This document shows, one piece after another, positions 1 to 8,173 of a stretch of DNA of 59,436 bases. Below the pieces are notes generated by a model that was given only the letters and a program-made list of their open reading frames with translations, did no database searches and was not told the origin of the DNA. This stretch comes from Candidatus Yanofskybacteria bacterium RIFCSPHIGHO2_01_FULL_41_21 (GTDB taxonomy: Bacteria > Patescibacteriota > Minisyncoccia > 2-02-FULL-40-12 > GWA2-44-9). The stretch spans positions 1-59,436 of the forward strand of contig MGJA01000013.1 of assembly GCA_001794025.1 (NCBI GenBank), written 5' to 3'. The number at the start of each line of letters is the position of its first letter. Within the stretch, counting starts at the first letter, position 1. The translations under genes were made by a program, and so were the position numbers.

Positions 1-2
1 GC

Positions 3-1799
3 GTGGATATGTTTCTGACATCCGTAGCAATCGCCGTTTCGGCGGTTCCGGAGGGTCTGCCGGTAGCCATGACGGTTATCTTGGCAATAGGAGTTCAGCG
101 TATGGCGCGGCGCAAGGGTGTTATCAGAAAGTTGATTGCAGCGGAAACACTGGGGGATACCAGCATAATTCTCACTGATAAAACAGGAACATTAACAACG
201 GCAAAAATGGAATTAAGCAAAGTGCTTCCGATTGAAGGCGTGGAAGAAAAAAACCTGCTTGAATTAGCTCTCGTTAACACCAATATCTTAATAGAGAACC
301 CCAACGATCCGCCGGCAGAGTGGCGAACCAGCGGACGAATACTGGAGACGGCATTAGTGAGGTCGGCTGCCCTTCGAGATATATTTGTGGAAGATGTTAA
401 GAAAAGAACCTCAATCTTAAATTCACTGCCGTTCAATGCGGTTAATAAGTTTTCCGCTTCACTGATACATGACGGAGAAAAACATTTACTTTTATTCTTC
501 GGCGCGCCGGATATTTTTATCGGACACTCTACATTAAGCTCTACTGAGCGAGACGCCGCTTTAAAAGAAATCGGCTCTCTTGCTGAATCCGGGGAACTTG
601 TAGTCGGAGTGGCGGTAAAAGAAATTGAAAAAAAAGAAGATTTCACCTTCTCAAAGGACTTGGAATTAGCGAATCTTGTATTTCAAGGGTTAATTACTAT
701 GCATGATCCGATCAGGCCGAGTGTTAAAGATGCAATCCAAAAAGTGCAAGAATCCGGCATAAGAGTAATAGTCATGACCGGTGATCATCGCGGCACGGCT
801 GAAGCCGTAGCGAAAAAAGTTGGTTTTGAAATTGAGAAAGAAAGCGTACTTGATTCTTCAGAACTTCGACTACTTTCGGATGCGGATCTCAAAAAGCGTT
901 TGCCGTCTCTGCGAGTTATTTCTCGCGTATCTCCGCTAGATAAAATGAGGATTGTAAAAGCGTTTCAAGAAACAGGAGAAGTTGTGGCAATGACCGGCGA
1001 CGGCGTAAACGATGCGCCGAGTATTAAACAAGCCGACATAGGGATTGCTATGGGTTCGGGGACAGAAGTGGCGCGTGATGTCGCAGACCTTGTATTGTTG
1101 GATGATAATTTTGAGACCATTGCTGCTGCCGTGGAAGAAGGTCGTCAAATTATGCACAATATCCGTAAGGTTCTCGTATATCTTCTTTCTTCCGTATCAG
1201 ATGAACTGCTTTTGATTGGTGGAGCTCTTGTAATGGGTCTAGCACTTCCATTGAATGCGCTTCAGATATTATACGTGAATTTCTTTTCAGACAGCTTTCC
1301 GGCTGTCGCGTTCGCTTTCGAAAGGGATATTGACGGTTTAACTTACCGTTCCCGGAGTACAAAAGCCGGCCTCTTTGATCCCATTATGAGATTTTTAATT
1401 TTATTCATCGGCCTTTCCACGAGCGTGCTTTTATTTGTATTGTACTGGTTATTATTGCGAGCCGGTTTTCCAGAAGATCTTGTAAAGACATTTATTTTCG
1501 CCAGTTTCGGAAGTTATACCTTATTTTTAGCTTTTTCACTTAGAAGCTTGGATAAAAACATCTTCAAATATCCAGTTTTTTCAAATCGCTATCTAGTTGT
1601 GGGTGTAGGCATCGGATTGGTTCTTATGGCCGTGGCTATCTATGTTCCATTTATGCAGTCATTATTAAAGACAACCCCGTTGCCTTTTTACTGGCTTTTG
1701 GGAGTTGTATTGATCGGTCTGATAAATATTTTAGCGGTTGAATTTGGGAAATGGATTTTCCGTTCCAAAGTCCATTTGCCGTTCAAGAAAAAACCCTGA
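3..1799 (+). CDS. Cation-transporting P-type ATPase (Ca2+/type IIA-like), 5'-truncated by the window edge
   Basis: PEGLP, DKTGTLT phosphorylation motif, TGD, MTGDGVNDAP hinge, C-terminal transmembrane helices. Confidence 0.95.
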   Translation: MDMFLTSVAIAVSAVPEGLPVAMTVILAIGVQRMARRKGVIRKLIAAETLGDTSIILTDKTGTLTTAKMELSKVLPIEGVEEKNLLELALVNTNILIENPNDPPAEWRTSGRILETALVRSAALRDIFVEDVKKRTSILNSLPFNAVNKFSASLIHDGEKHLLLFFGAPDIFIGHSTLSSTERDAALKEIGSLAESGELVVGVAVKEIEKKEDFTFSKDLELANLVFQGLITMHDPIRPSVKDAIQKVQESGIRVIVMTGDHRGTAEAVAKKVGFEIEKESVLDSSELRLLSDADLKKRLPSLRVISRVSPLDKMRIVKAFQETGEVVAMTGDGVNDAPSIKQADIGIAMGSGTEVARDVADLVLLDDNFETIAAAVEEGRQIMHNIRKVLVYLLSSVSDELLLIGGALVMGLALPLNALQILYVNFFSDSFPAVAFAFERDIDGLTYRSRSTKAGLFDPIMRFLILFIGLSTSVLLFVLYWLLLRAGFPEDLVKTFIFASFGSYTLFLAFSLRSLDKNIFKYPVFSNRYLVVGVGIGLVLMAVAIYVPFMQSLLKTTPLPFYWLLGVVLIGLINILAVEFGKWIFRSKVHLPFKKKP

Positions 1800-1817
1800 T
1801 AAAATCAGGATTTTTTC
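1787..1817. terminator. Bidirectional intrinsic terminator between the ATPase and the convergent tRNA
   Basis: gaaaaaaccctgat-aaa-atcaggattttttc hairpin with A/T tracts on both sides. Confidence 0.6.
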
Positions 1818-1822
1818 GTCTG

Positions 1823-2076
1823 CTCCGCGGCCAGGACTCGAACCTGGAACCATCGCCTTACACATAATCCATAGCTTTCGATATGGGGTGGACTATCTCA
1901 TGTCCCTAACGGGACCCGGGTATATAGTCTCTACACATTTATCATCTTGCGATGAATTTAGCTCGGGATTGCCAGTTGAAAGGTTTCCCCGAATTAGCCC
2001 GATTTTTCAATCACGCATTTCTACGTGAAGCTGCCTTACTCGACAGGGCGCCGCTCTACCATTGAGCTACCGCGGA
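1823..2076 (-). tRNA. tRNA-Asn(GTT) interrupted by an intron; exons 2076-2043 and 1860-1823
   Basis: Joined exons read TCCGCGG TA GCTC AATGGTA GAGC G GCGCC CT GT^T AA GGCGA TGGTT CCAGG TTCGAGT CCTGG CCGCGGA G: a full cloverleaf with anticodon GTT; CCA not fully encoded. Confidence 0.92.
1861..2042 (-). ncRNA. Group I self-splicing intron (182 nt, no ORF) inside the anticodon (GT^T)
   Basis: 5' exon ends in U and intron ends in G; P1 pairs exon CTGT with intron GCAG (U.G at the splice site); core-like motifs AATTCGGGGAA (1995-1985), AATCCCGAGC (1970-1961), GTAGAGACTATA (1934-1923), GAGATAGTCC (1899-1890); P7 GACTA/TAGTC. Confidence 0.9.
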
Positions 2077-2102
2077 ATGTATTGTTAAGTTCTAACATGA
2101 GA

Positions 2103-2131
2103 ATTTTATCATATAAAACCTTGTTGTTCAA
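2103..2131 (-). promoter_or_regulatory. Sigma70-type promoter of tRNA-Asn
   Basis: TTGAAC-17 nt-TAAAAT with extended TG, about 27 nt upstream of the tRNA. Confidence 0.55.
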
Positions 2132-2151
2132 CCTGCCTGCTGGTAGGCAGG
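2132..2151. repeat. 20-nt palindromic repeat CCTGCCTGCTGGTAGGCAGG
   Basis: Hairpin directly after the recombinase stop; a related 20-mer is at 42979-42998. Confidence 0.7.
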
Positions 2152-2152
2152 G

Positions 2153-3457
2153 CTACTTTGCATTAAGGTATATCTTGGAATCCTTGATACATATCGTGGC
2201 ATCCAAACAACTCATGATCTCTCGTTTCTCCTCTCGGGTGCCTTCCATGAGTAAGTATTTAGCATAATTCCGGATATTCACTTGATTGGTCTGGGCTTCA
2301 GCTACTTCTTGCCCCAAGATGCCATTTACAAACTTTCGATGCCGATCAACCTCTCGATTCAGCTTTTCGGATATCTGAATCTTATTGACCGGGATATTAT
2401 CAAAGAGTTGAAGCAGTAACCCAATGAGATTATCTTCTCGGATATACTTTTCGTGGCAATACCGGTCTCTGAATTTCATACAGTGATAGTAGATATATTT
2501 ATTGACGCCGCCATTTTTGAGTCGTTTGAATTTTTCGCTGGCTGTCACACCTGATCCACACTTGCCACATTTGAATATCTTTACGAAATTGAACTCTTTG
2601 GTACCAGGTCGAAGTCGTGGTGCATGAACTAAGCACGCCTGCACTTTTTCAAACAGCTCTTTATCAATAATCGGTGCATGCTTGCCGTCATAGAAGATGC
2701 CACTACCTAATGGATACTCAAAGCGGCCGTGATAAAAATGGTCTCGCAGAATACTATATATTCTACTCAGCGCCATTTTGTGGTTAGTACGAGTTTTGAA
2801 CCCGATTTCATTCAACCACTCTAAGATATCCCGGCCACTGCATCCTTGATAGGCAACCTTCTTAAACATCTCTTTTATAATTGGGGCACGTTCCGGGTCG
2901 ATGATAATTTTCTTTTCACCTTTCTTACAATTCGGATCGTAGTGGTATCCCAATGGTGGCATTCCTGGACGCCATCCGGAAGCACATTTGGCTCGCAGTC
3001 CTCGTTTTACATTTACGGACAGATCGATGATGAACTGGTTGGCCATACCGAACTCGACCTGCATCATTAATACATTATCTGTCGGATAATAAACTCGGCC
3101 GAATGTTTGGATTTGTTTTATAATATTTTTCTGTAGCATCCAACTGATAGCTCCGCCGTCAATTGGATTTCTTGCGATGCGGTCAAGCTTCCAACAGATA
3201 ATTCCGTCGGCTTCATTATGCTTAATTTTTTCCAGCATTTGATTAAACACTGGCCTGCCCGGTGCCTTCGCTGATTGGGCTTCGGTAAATATCTCGACGA
3301 TGTTCAGATTATTTTCCCAAGCCACTTTTTGAAGCTCGGCGATTTGGGCATCAATAGATGCTACTTGCCTATCTTCCGCCTCGCTTGATTTCCTTGCGTA
3401 AAGGCAGTATTTGATGGGGACTACTGGAACCTCTTGTAGTTGTTGTGTATTGTTCAT
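2153..3457 (-). CDS. Large serine recombinase (resolvase + recombinase + Zn-ribbon)
   Basis: YARKSS catalytic motif, WKLDRIARN, PLGY, CGKC...C...C zinc ribbon. Confidence 0.93.
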   Translation of the reverse strand: MNNTQQLQEVPVVPIKYCLYARKSSEAEDRQVASIDAQIAELQKVAWENNLNIVEIFTEAQSAKAPGRPVFNQMLEKIKHNEADGIICWKLDRIARNPIDGGAISWMLQKNIIKQIQTFGRVYYPTDNVLMMQVEFGMANQFIIDLSVNVKRGLRAKCASGWRPGMPPLGYHYDPNCKKGEKKIIIDPERAPIIKEMFKKVAYQGCSGRDILEWLNEIGFKTRTNHKMALSRIYSILRDHFYHGRFEYPLGSGIFYDGKHAPIIDKELFEKVQACLVHAPRLRPGTKEFNFVKIFKCGKCGSGVTASEKFKRLKNGGVNKYIYYHCMKFRDRYCHEKYIREDNLIGLLLQLFDNIPVNKIQISEKLNREVDRHRKFVNGILGQEVAEAQTNQVNIRNYAKYLLMEGTREEKREIMSCLDATICIKDSKIYLNAK

Positions 3458-3516
3458 ATACACATTGATGACGCCGTTCCTCTGACCAGTCCAGACTCCT
3501 AGTTGGTAACTTTTGT

Positions 3517-5052
3517 TTAAAGTTTTTGCCTTAAAAAAGAGTTGAAAGGGAGTGTTGAATTTGGGAATTTAGATCCACCCATTCGGTCAGCTTTACCTCC
3601 AGGGAAAGAGCCACGTCTGTTATTGTCCATCGTATAGTACGCAAGGATAACAAAGGCATCCATAAGATCGTCATGTTTTTCCACCCCGAACCCTACGATT
3701 TGGTTAATAAGTTCCTCGCACCCTTTCTTGGGAAATAAAATAACACCGTTTTTAATGAGATGCGATATTAAAGACAAGCGGGATCGTTTATCCATGCCAT
3801 TGATTTTTACACCCCTGGCGTCAATCCAGCGTTCTTTAAGCTGTTGAGTGAAAGCCTCTTGGTAGGCGACTTCTTCTATAAGCAGTTCTGTACTTTTTCT
3901 GTTTGGATTCGCGGTTCTTGATATCAGCTCGGCTTTTTCAAGCGCTGTTGGAAAATCCATTCGGGCGTTGACGGGAAATGAATGAACATAGAGCTTAGTT
4001 TCTCCATAGCGTCCGAATTTTGAACCCGTGACCATGGCGGTATAATCAGCCGTCTGTTTAAGAGAGATGGCAAGATCAACCCCTGTCTTAGTCCATGAAT
4101 ACCTGTCAGAACTGAAAGACGGAAAATCATCGTTGTCGTAATACTGAATCCACTCACGAGGAACCACTTGGTCATCGGCCGGAATAATCTTCAGCATAAA
4201 CTCTCTTTGCCATGAAATATCGTTAGCAATTTTCTGGCGCTCTTCTTCTATCGTTTCTTGTGTTGGAAATCTACCCGGCCAAGCGACCACTCCCTTATTA
4301 TCCATAAGCGGATATTCCCGGTAGACTCCTTTTAATTTTTCTGCGTCAATTTCTTCTTGAAGACGTCTTAATAAACCATCTTCGTGCAATAAGTTTCCTA
4401 TAATTATCACTTTCACATTCGGGCTTCCAGAAGGAATAATATCGCCCTTGAACCAATCATAGGCCTTGTCTCGGCTGTCTTGAGTCCTGACACTTTGGAG
4501 ATCTTCAATGTCGTCAGCTATTATGACATCCGGCCTGTACTGAAGATACCTTGTGCCTCGTATGCCCTGTTCGCTGGACGCCGCCATAATCCTGGCATCG
4601 TATTTAGGGATGACTAAAGCAAAACCACCCCACTCATCCGGCTCTTCTTTAAATGGTCCCAAATCAGAACTTAACAAATGATTTTGTTCAAGCTCTCTTT
4701 TAATGTTCATGAGATACTGTCTGGCCTGTCTTTGGGTTTGGCTTAAAATCACGATGAACTTTTTCCCTTGTCTGCCCAGTATTGCCCATAAGGGATAGGA
4801 GAGGGTGCAGAGGGTTGATTTTCCAGAGCCTCTGAAAGCGGTTATTACTGAAATACCAATATCTTCTTTTTCTGTAAGTTCGAATATCTGCCGATGGAAC
4901 TCCGCCGTTTGAAATGTCACATAATGGGGAAAGTAAAAATGGAAGAACCAATAATGACTCGCTTTGGCAAGGTTAATCCGGAAATTCCGGTTCTTCACCA
5001 TCTGTTCCAGTACCGTCTTGAGCGAGTTTTGGTTGGTTATTATTTTGCGCAT
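3517..5052 (-). CDS. Phage terminase large subunit-like protein
   Basis: Walker A AFRGSGKST, Walker B DVIIADD, RNase H-like nuclease GVDLAIS...DYTA...HDDLMDA. Confidence 0.85.
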   Translation of the reverse strand: MRKIITNQNSLKTVLEQMVKNRNFRINLAKASHYWFFHFYFPHYVTFQTAEFHRQIFELTEKEDIGISVITAFRGSGKSTLCTLSYPLWAILGRQGKKFIVILSQTQRQARQYLMNIKRELEQNHLLSSDLGPFKEEPDEWGGFALVIPKYDARIMAASSEQGIRGTRYLQYRPDVIIADDIEDLQSVRTQDSRDKAYDWFKGDIIPSGSPNVKVIIIGNLLHEDGLLRRLQEEIDAEKLKGVYREYPLMDNKGVVAWPGRFPTQETIEEERQKIANDISWQREFMLKIIPADDQVVPREWIQYYDNDDFPSFSSDRYSWTKTGVDLAISLKQTADYTAMVTGSKFGRYGETKLYVHSFPVNARMDFPTALEKAELISRTANPNRKSTELLIEEVAYQEAFTQQLKERWIDARGVKINGMDKRSRLSLISHLIKNGVILFPKKGCEELINQIVGFGVEKHDDLMDAFVILAYYTMDNNRRGSFPGGKADRMGGSKFPNSTLPFNSFLRQKL

Positions 5053-5461
5053 TCTGTTGGGGCAAAGCGAGCTTTAACGCTTCACGGAGGAGTTTTGTCT
5101 GCTCCGGAGTCAAGGGTTCGCTTGCCTGGGTTAGATGACCTTTTATTTCCAACGTATTTCTGTAGCGAGGTTCATTGTGGGTAAGCCAAAAACGGATGGC
5201 ATCAAATTTCTTGTCTTTGATCAAAGAGAAAATTTGTGACTCCGCAATGTCTGAAATAAATATCCGGCCTTCGGTAAGGGCCAAATCAATTTCCTTGGCG
5301 AACTTTTTACTATTTTTAACCCAACGGTATATGTTGGTTCGTGCCACTCCGGCTTTTTCACAAGCCAACTCTACTGTTGGTGTCCGTTTGAGTTGCTCAA
5401 TAAAAGCCTTCTTAAGTTTCTTCTGCCGTATTTTTATTGTTTTTTCTTTGGACATAATCAA
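4973..5461 (-). CDS. HTH protein, probable terminase small subunit-like
   Basis: N-terminal HTH (ACEKAGVARTNIYRW) plus helical region; lies immediately upstream of and overlaps TerL. Confidence 0.65.
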   Translation of the reverse strand: MIMSKEKTIKIRQKKLKKAFIEQLKRTPTVELACEKAGVARTNIYRWVKNSKKFAKEIDLALTEGRIFISDIAESQIFSLIKDKKFDAIRFWLTHNEPRYRNTLEIKGHLTQASEPLTPEQTKLLREALKLALPQQNAQNNNQPKLAQDGTGTDGEEPEFPD

Positions 5462-6783
5462 GATATTTTTTTAACTTTTTTGCCGGTTAGATTTTGCCAC
5501 CTGCGTTTTATAATTTCAGCGTAGACAGAACTCTTTTCCATTATGAAGCATCGACGGCCAAGTTTGATTGAGGCGATAAGAGTGCTCCCAGAGCCGCCGA
5601 ACGGCTCCAGGACTAGATCATTACGCTTCGTGAGCACCTTAATATATGGGATTAAGAGCTCGAGAGGTTTGGTGCCGAAAATAATGCTTTGTCCTGATGA
5701 TTTCTGATCAGCCGCAATATGGTCAATGAAATCGGTCGGGCATATCTTTTTACCTTTCTCATATCCTTCCCAGTGGGGCTTGCCGGCGGTGGCATACAGG
5801 GCATTCTCATATTCGTTCTGGAACAACTCATCAGATTCAGGAGCGAGATTTAAGTCCGTCTTGCCAGAACTGCCGACCAATGCAATGTCTTGTTTGTTGA
5901 AGAACTTATACTTGGCAGAAAATCCTTGGACACGATTCGGGACATGCCATGTAATAGTATTGCGATATCGCCAATGTTTTTCGAGGGCGTTCCATATCGT
6001 GCGCAGATTCTTTGGATGCTCGAAGATAATAATAGAGAAATCCGACTTCTGAACCTTGCTCACATTCGCCATCCACTGATCAGTGAAGTCATCGGGCAGA
6101 ACGTCGGTTTCCAGATATTTACGATTTTTCTTCAATCCAAAACCTTCCGTGGGTTTGCCGTTTTTGGACTTGCCGTGGAGATAATCCAAAATATATGGGG
6201 GGTCTGTAAAACACATGTCGGCTCGCTCGTCACCCATAAGTTTAAGCATCTCGGCCTCAATACAAGAGTCACCGCACATAAGGCGAGAACCGTTACCCAG
6301 TTCGTAGATGTCGCCCTTTTTAATCGTAATCTCTTTGATGTTAAGTTTTTCCAACTCCTTTTTAAGGTCAAATTGCTCCGGCGTATCCTCAATCTCGAAG
6401 ATTGAATCCAATTCCTCCGAGCTGAAACCAATATCGCCGAGAAATTCTTCTCCGAAACTTTTCAATAGTCCGAGATCAAATTCCCCCAAATTTTTATTCA
6501 ACCTCAAATTTAGTTCCTTCTCTTTTTCAAGGTTTGGAATGTTAACATAAACCACCGGGACTTTTTCATATTTCAAGTCTTTAGCGATCTTCAGTCTGAA
6601 GTGACCGCCGATCACCACATTTTCTCGGCCGGGAGCAGAATTGCAGATTATCGGATCAACAATTCCGAATCTCTTAATTGATTCTGTAAGAGCTTCGATT
6701 TGAGATTGGTTCCATTTTCGCGGGTTATAAAGAGCTGGTCTTAGCTCCTTAATTAGAACTTCAATAATTTTAAGATTAGACAT
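5458..6783 (-). CDS. ParB/Srx N-terminal domain fused to an N6/N4 DNA methyltransferase (beta class)
   Basis: YNPRK and GGHFRL ParB-like motifs; DPPY precedes EPFGGSGST. Confidence 0.9.
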   Translation of the reverse strand: MSNLKIIEVLIKELRPALYNPRKWNQSQIEALTESIKRFGIVDPIICNSAPGRENVVIGGHFRLKIAKDLKYEKVPVVYVNIPNLEKEKELNLRLNKNLGEFDLGLLKSFGEEFLGDIGFSSEELDSIFEIEDTPEQFDLKKELEKLNIKEITIKKGDIYELGNGSRLMCGDSCIEAEMLKLMGDERADMCFTDPPYILDYLHGKSKNGKPTEGFGLKKNRKYLETDVLPDDFTDQWMANVSKVQKSDFSIIIFEHPKNLRTIWNALEKHWRYRNTITWHVPNRVQGFSAKYKFFNKQDIALVGSSGKTDLNLAPESDELFQNEYENALYATAGKPHWEGYEKGKKICPTDFIDHIAADQKSSGQSIIFGTKPLELLIPYIKVLTKRNDLVLEPFGGSGSTLIASIKLGRRCFIMEKSSVYAEIIKRRWQNLTGKKVKKIS

Positions 6784-6848
6784 GTTTTTGTTTAGGTTAT
6801 TTAAATAGTTATTTCCGCTTAAGTCTCAGTTTAATTAAAATCGTTAAC

Positions 6849-7238
6849 TTATTTCTTGCTCTTTTTCTCTTTCTCTTTTCGTGTTTGCATACCGGCCAAA
6901 CGTAGGAATAGTTCAACTTCTTTTGATTCTCCTTTTGCTGAGGCAGTTTCATAGAGTGCCCCAATCACATCCGGAACCCTTTCTTTAATCCATGCCGAAA
7001 TCTTTGATTGGAGCAAAAGTGGAAATTGGGGGTGTCTTTTCCAATCAGTTAAAGTATCCTCGCTCACTCCGATTAATTCCGCTAAATCTTTTTGGAATTT
7101 AGGTTCTCTTAGATATTGTGGAGTAGCTATCCATTCAATAAACCTAAGGAAGCCACCAAGATCCTTTATCCCACTAATTACAGGGTAATCGGAATGAATC
7201 GCTATGGATTTTATGATTTTGCTTGTAGTCATAGTCAT
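6849..7238 (-). CDS. Phage-type helix-turn-helix protein
   Basis: QKDLAELIGVSEDTLTDWKR HTH. Confidence 0.7.
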   Translation of the reverse strand: MTMTTSKIIKSIAIHSDYPVISGIKDLGGFLRFIEWIATPQYLREPKFQKDLAELIGVSEDTLTDWKRHPQFPLLLQSKISAWIKERVPDVIGALYETASAKGESKEVELFLRLAGMQTRKEKEKKSKK

Positions 7239-7637
7239 ATGGTTATTATTGGTTTATATTCGACCGTACAACGAAAACACCAACCGCAGTGGTTGGTGTT
7301 GGTGCATGAGAAAAACAGGCAGAGATACTTAACGAATGCAACAACATCAACCAGTTTTGGTTGTATTGTTACCTTCGTCAAAGACCCCTTAATCAGAAAT
7401 TTAAATTTCTGTTCGGCAACCTCCTATGACTCATAGAGCGGAATAAACGCTCAGTCGTGTATCTCTACACGCGTAAGGCAATATGTATTTTCGACGTACT
7501 ACACATACCTTAGTACATAGAGAGACAAATGCAATAGAAGTAGGTGGATAACACATTTGGTTCAACAGACTGCCAAAGGAGGCGCAAATTGAACTGTTGG
7601 TAAGCCCCCTTCGCAACCGTCCTTATTTAAGCTTGAA

Positions 7638-7666
7638 TGGACGCCAGGTCGATATTTTGTTAGAAT
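7638..7666 (+). promoter_or_regulatory. Putative promoter of the cargo transcript
   Basis: TGGACG-17 nt-TAGAAT with extended TG. Confidence 0.45.
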
Positions 7667-7698
7667 ACCCTTAACAATTCAGCCTAAACCCATCAAGA

Positions 7699-7849
7699 AT
7701 CCTTGGCGGGCATGGCACAAAATCGTTAGGTACATTAAACCCGTCAGAGGGCGTACCTAACGTTATACAGGGAAACTTGTATATGCGACCGAAAGGTTGC
7801 ACCTGTGGCGGGTTTTGTGTTTCTTGCCACCTAAATCCATCCAAGGAGT
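7699..7849 (+). ncRNA. Candidate structured cis-regulatory RNA (multi-stem with pseudoknot)
   Basis: Perfect 10-bp stem, two GAAA-capped hairpins, a loop complementary to a downstream segment, and an outer helix covering the SD. Confidence 0.55.
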
Positions 7850-8158
7850 ATGAATGATAAAAATTTAATTTGCGGCAGTTGCGGACACACTAATCCCGCA
7901 AAGAGGGTTACCCGAGGTACTTTCCTTGCGGAAATTACCCTTTGGGTCACAGCCCTCTTTCTACTTTTTGCGATACCATTTATTGGCGGTGTTTTAATCG
8001 TCATAGCGATTGTCTATTCGGTCTGGCGACTCCTCTCTCGAAGAACTAAATGTCAATATTGCGGGAATACAAACCTTATCCCGATTAATAGTCCTATCGG
8101 GAAGAAATTACTTGAAAAATTAGAGAACGGGAAAGAAAGCGAAAAAGGAAATATATAA
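7850..8158 (+). CDS. Small membrane protein with split Zn-ribbon
   Basis: CGSC, two hydrophobic helices, CQYC; SD AAGGAG. Confidence 0.75.
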   Translation: MNDKNLICGSCGHTNPAKRVTRGTFLAEITLWVTALFLLFAIPFIGGVLIVIAIVYSVWRLLSRRTKCQYCGNTNLIPINSPIGKKLLEKLENGKESEKGNI

Positions 8159-8173
8159 TTTTCCACCCAACCT

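Larger units (their letters stand above)
2153..7400 (-). mobile_element. Core module of a putative integrative element (HTH, ParB-MTase, TerS-like, TerL-like, recombinase); right boundary undefined, cargo probably extends to about 22-25 kb
   Basis: Five co-oriented, tightly packed phage/MGE-type genes next to a tRNA and followed by defence-type cargo; att sites not found. Confidence 0.6.

Noticed and set aside
1823..1860. tRNA 3' end as att site of the island
   Set aside because: The island lies on the 5' side of the tRNA and I found no duplicated tRNA fragment by eye
1738..2267. ORFs 1738..2028 and 2025..2267
   Set aside because: They overlap the tRNA, the intron and the recombinase antisense; shadow ORFs
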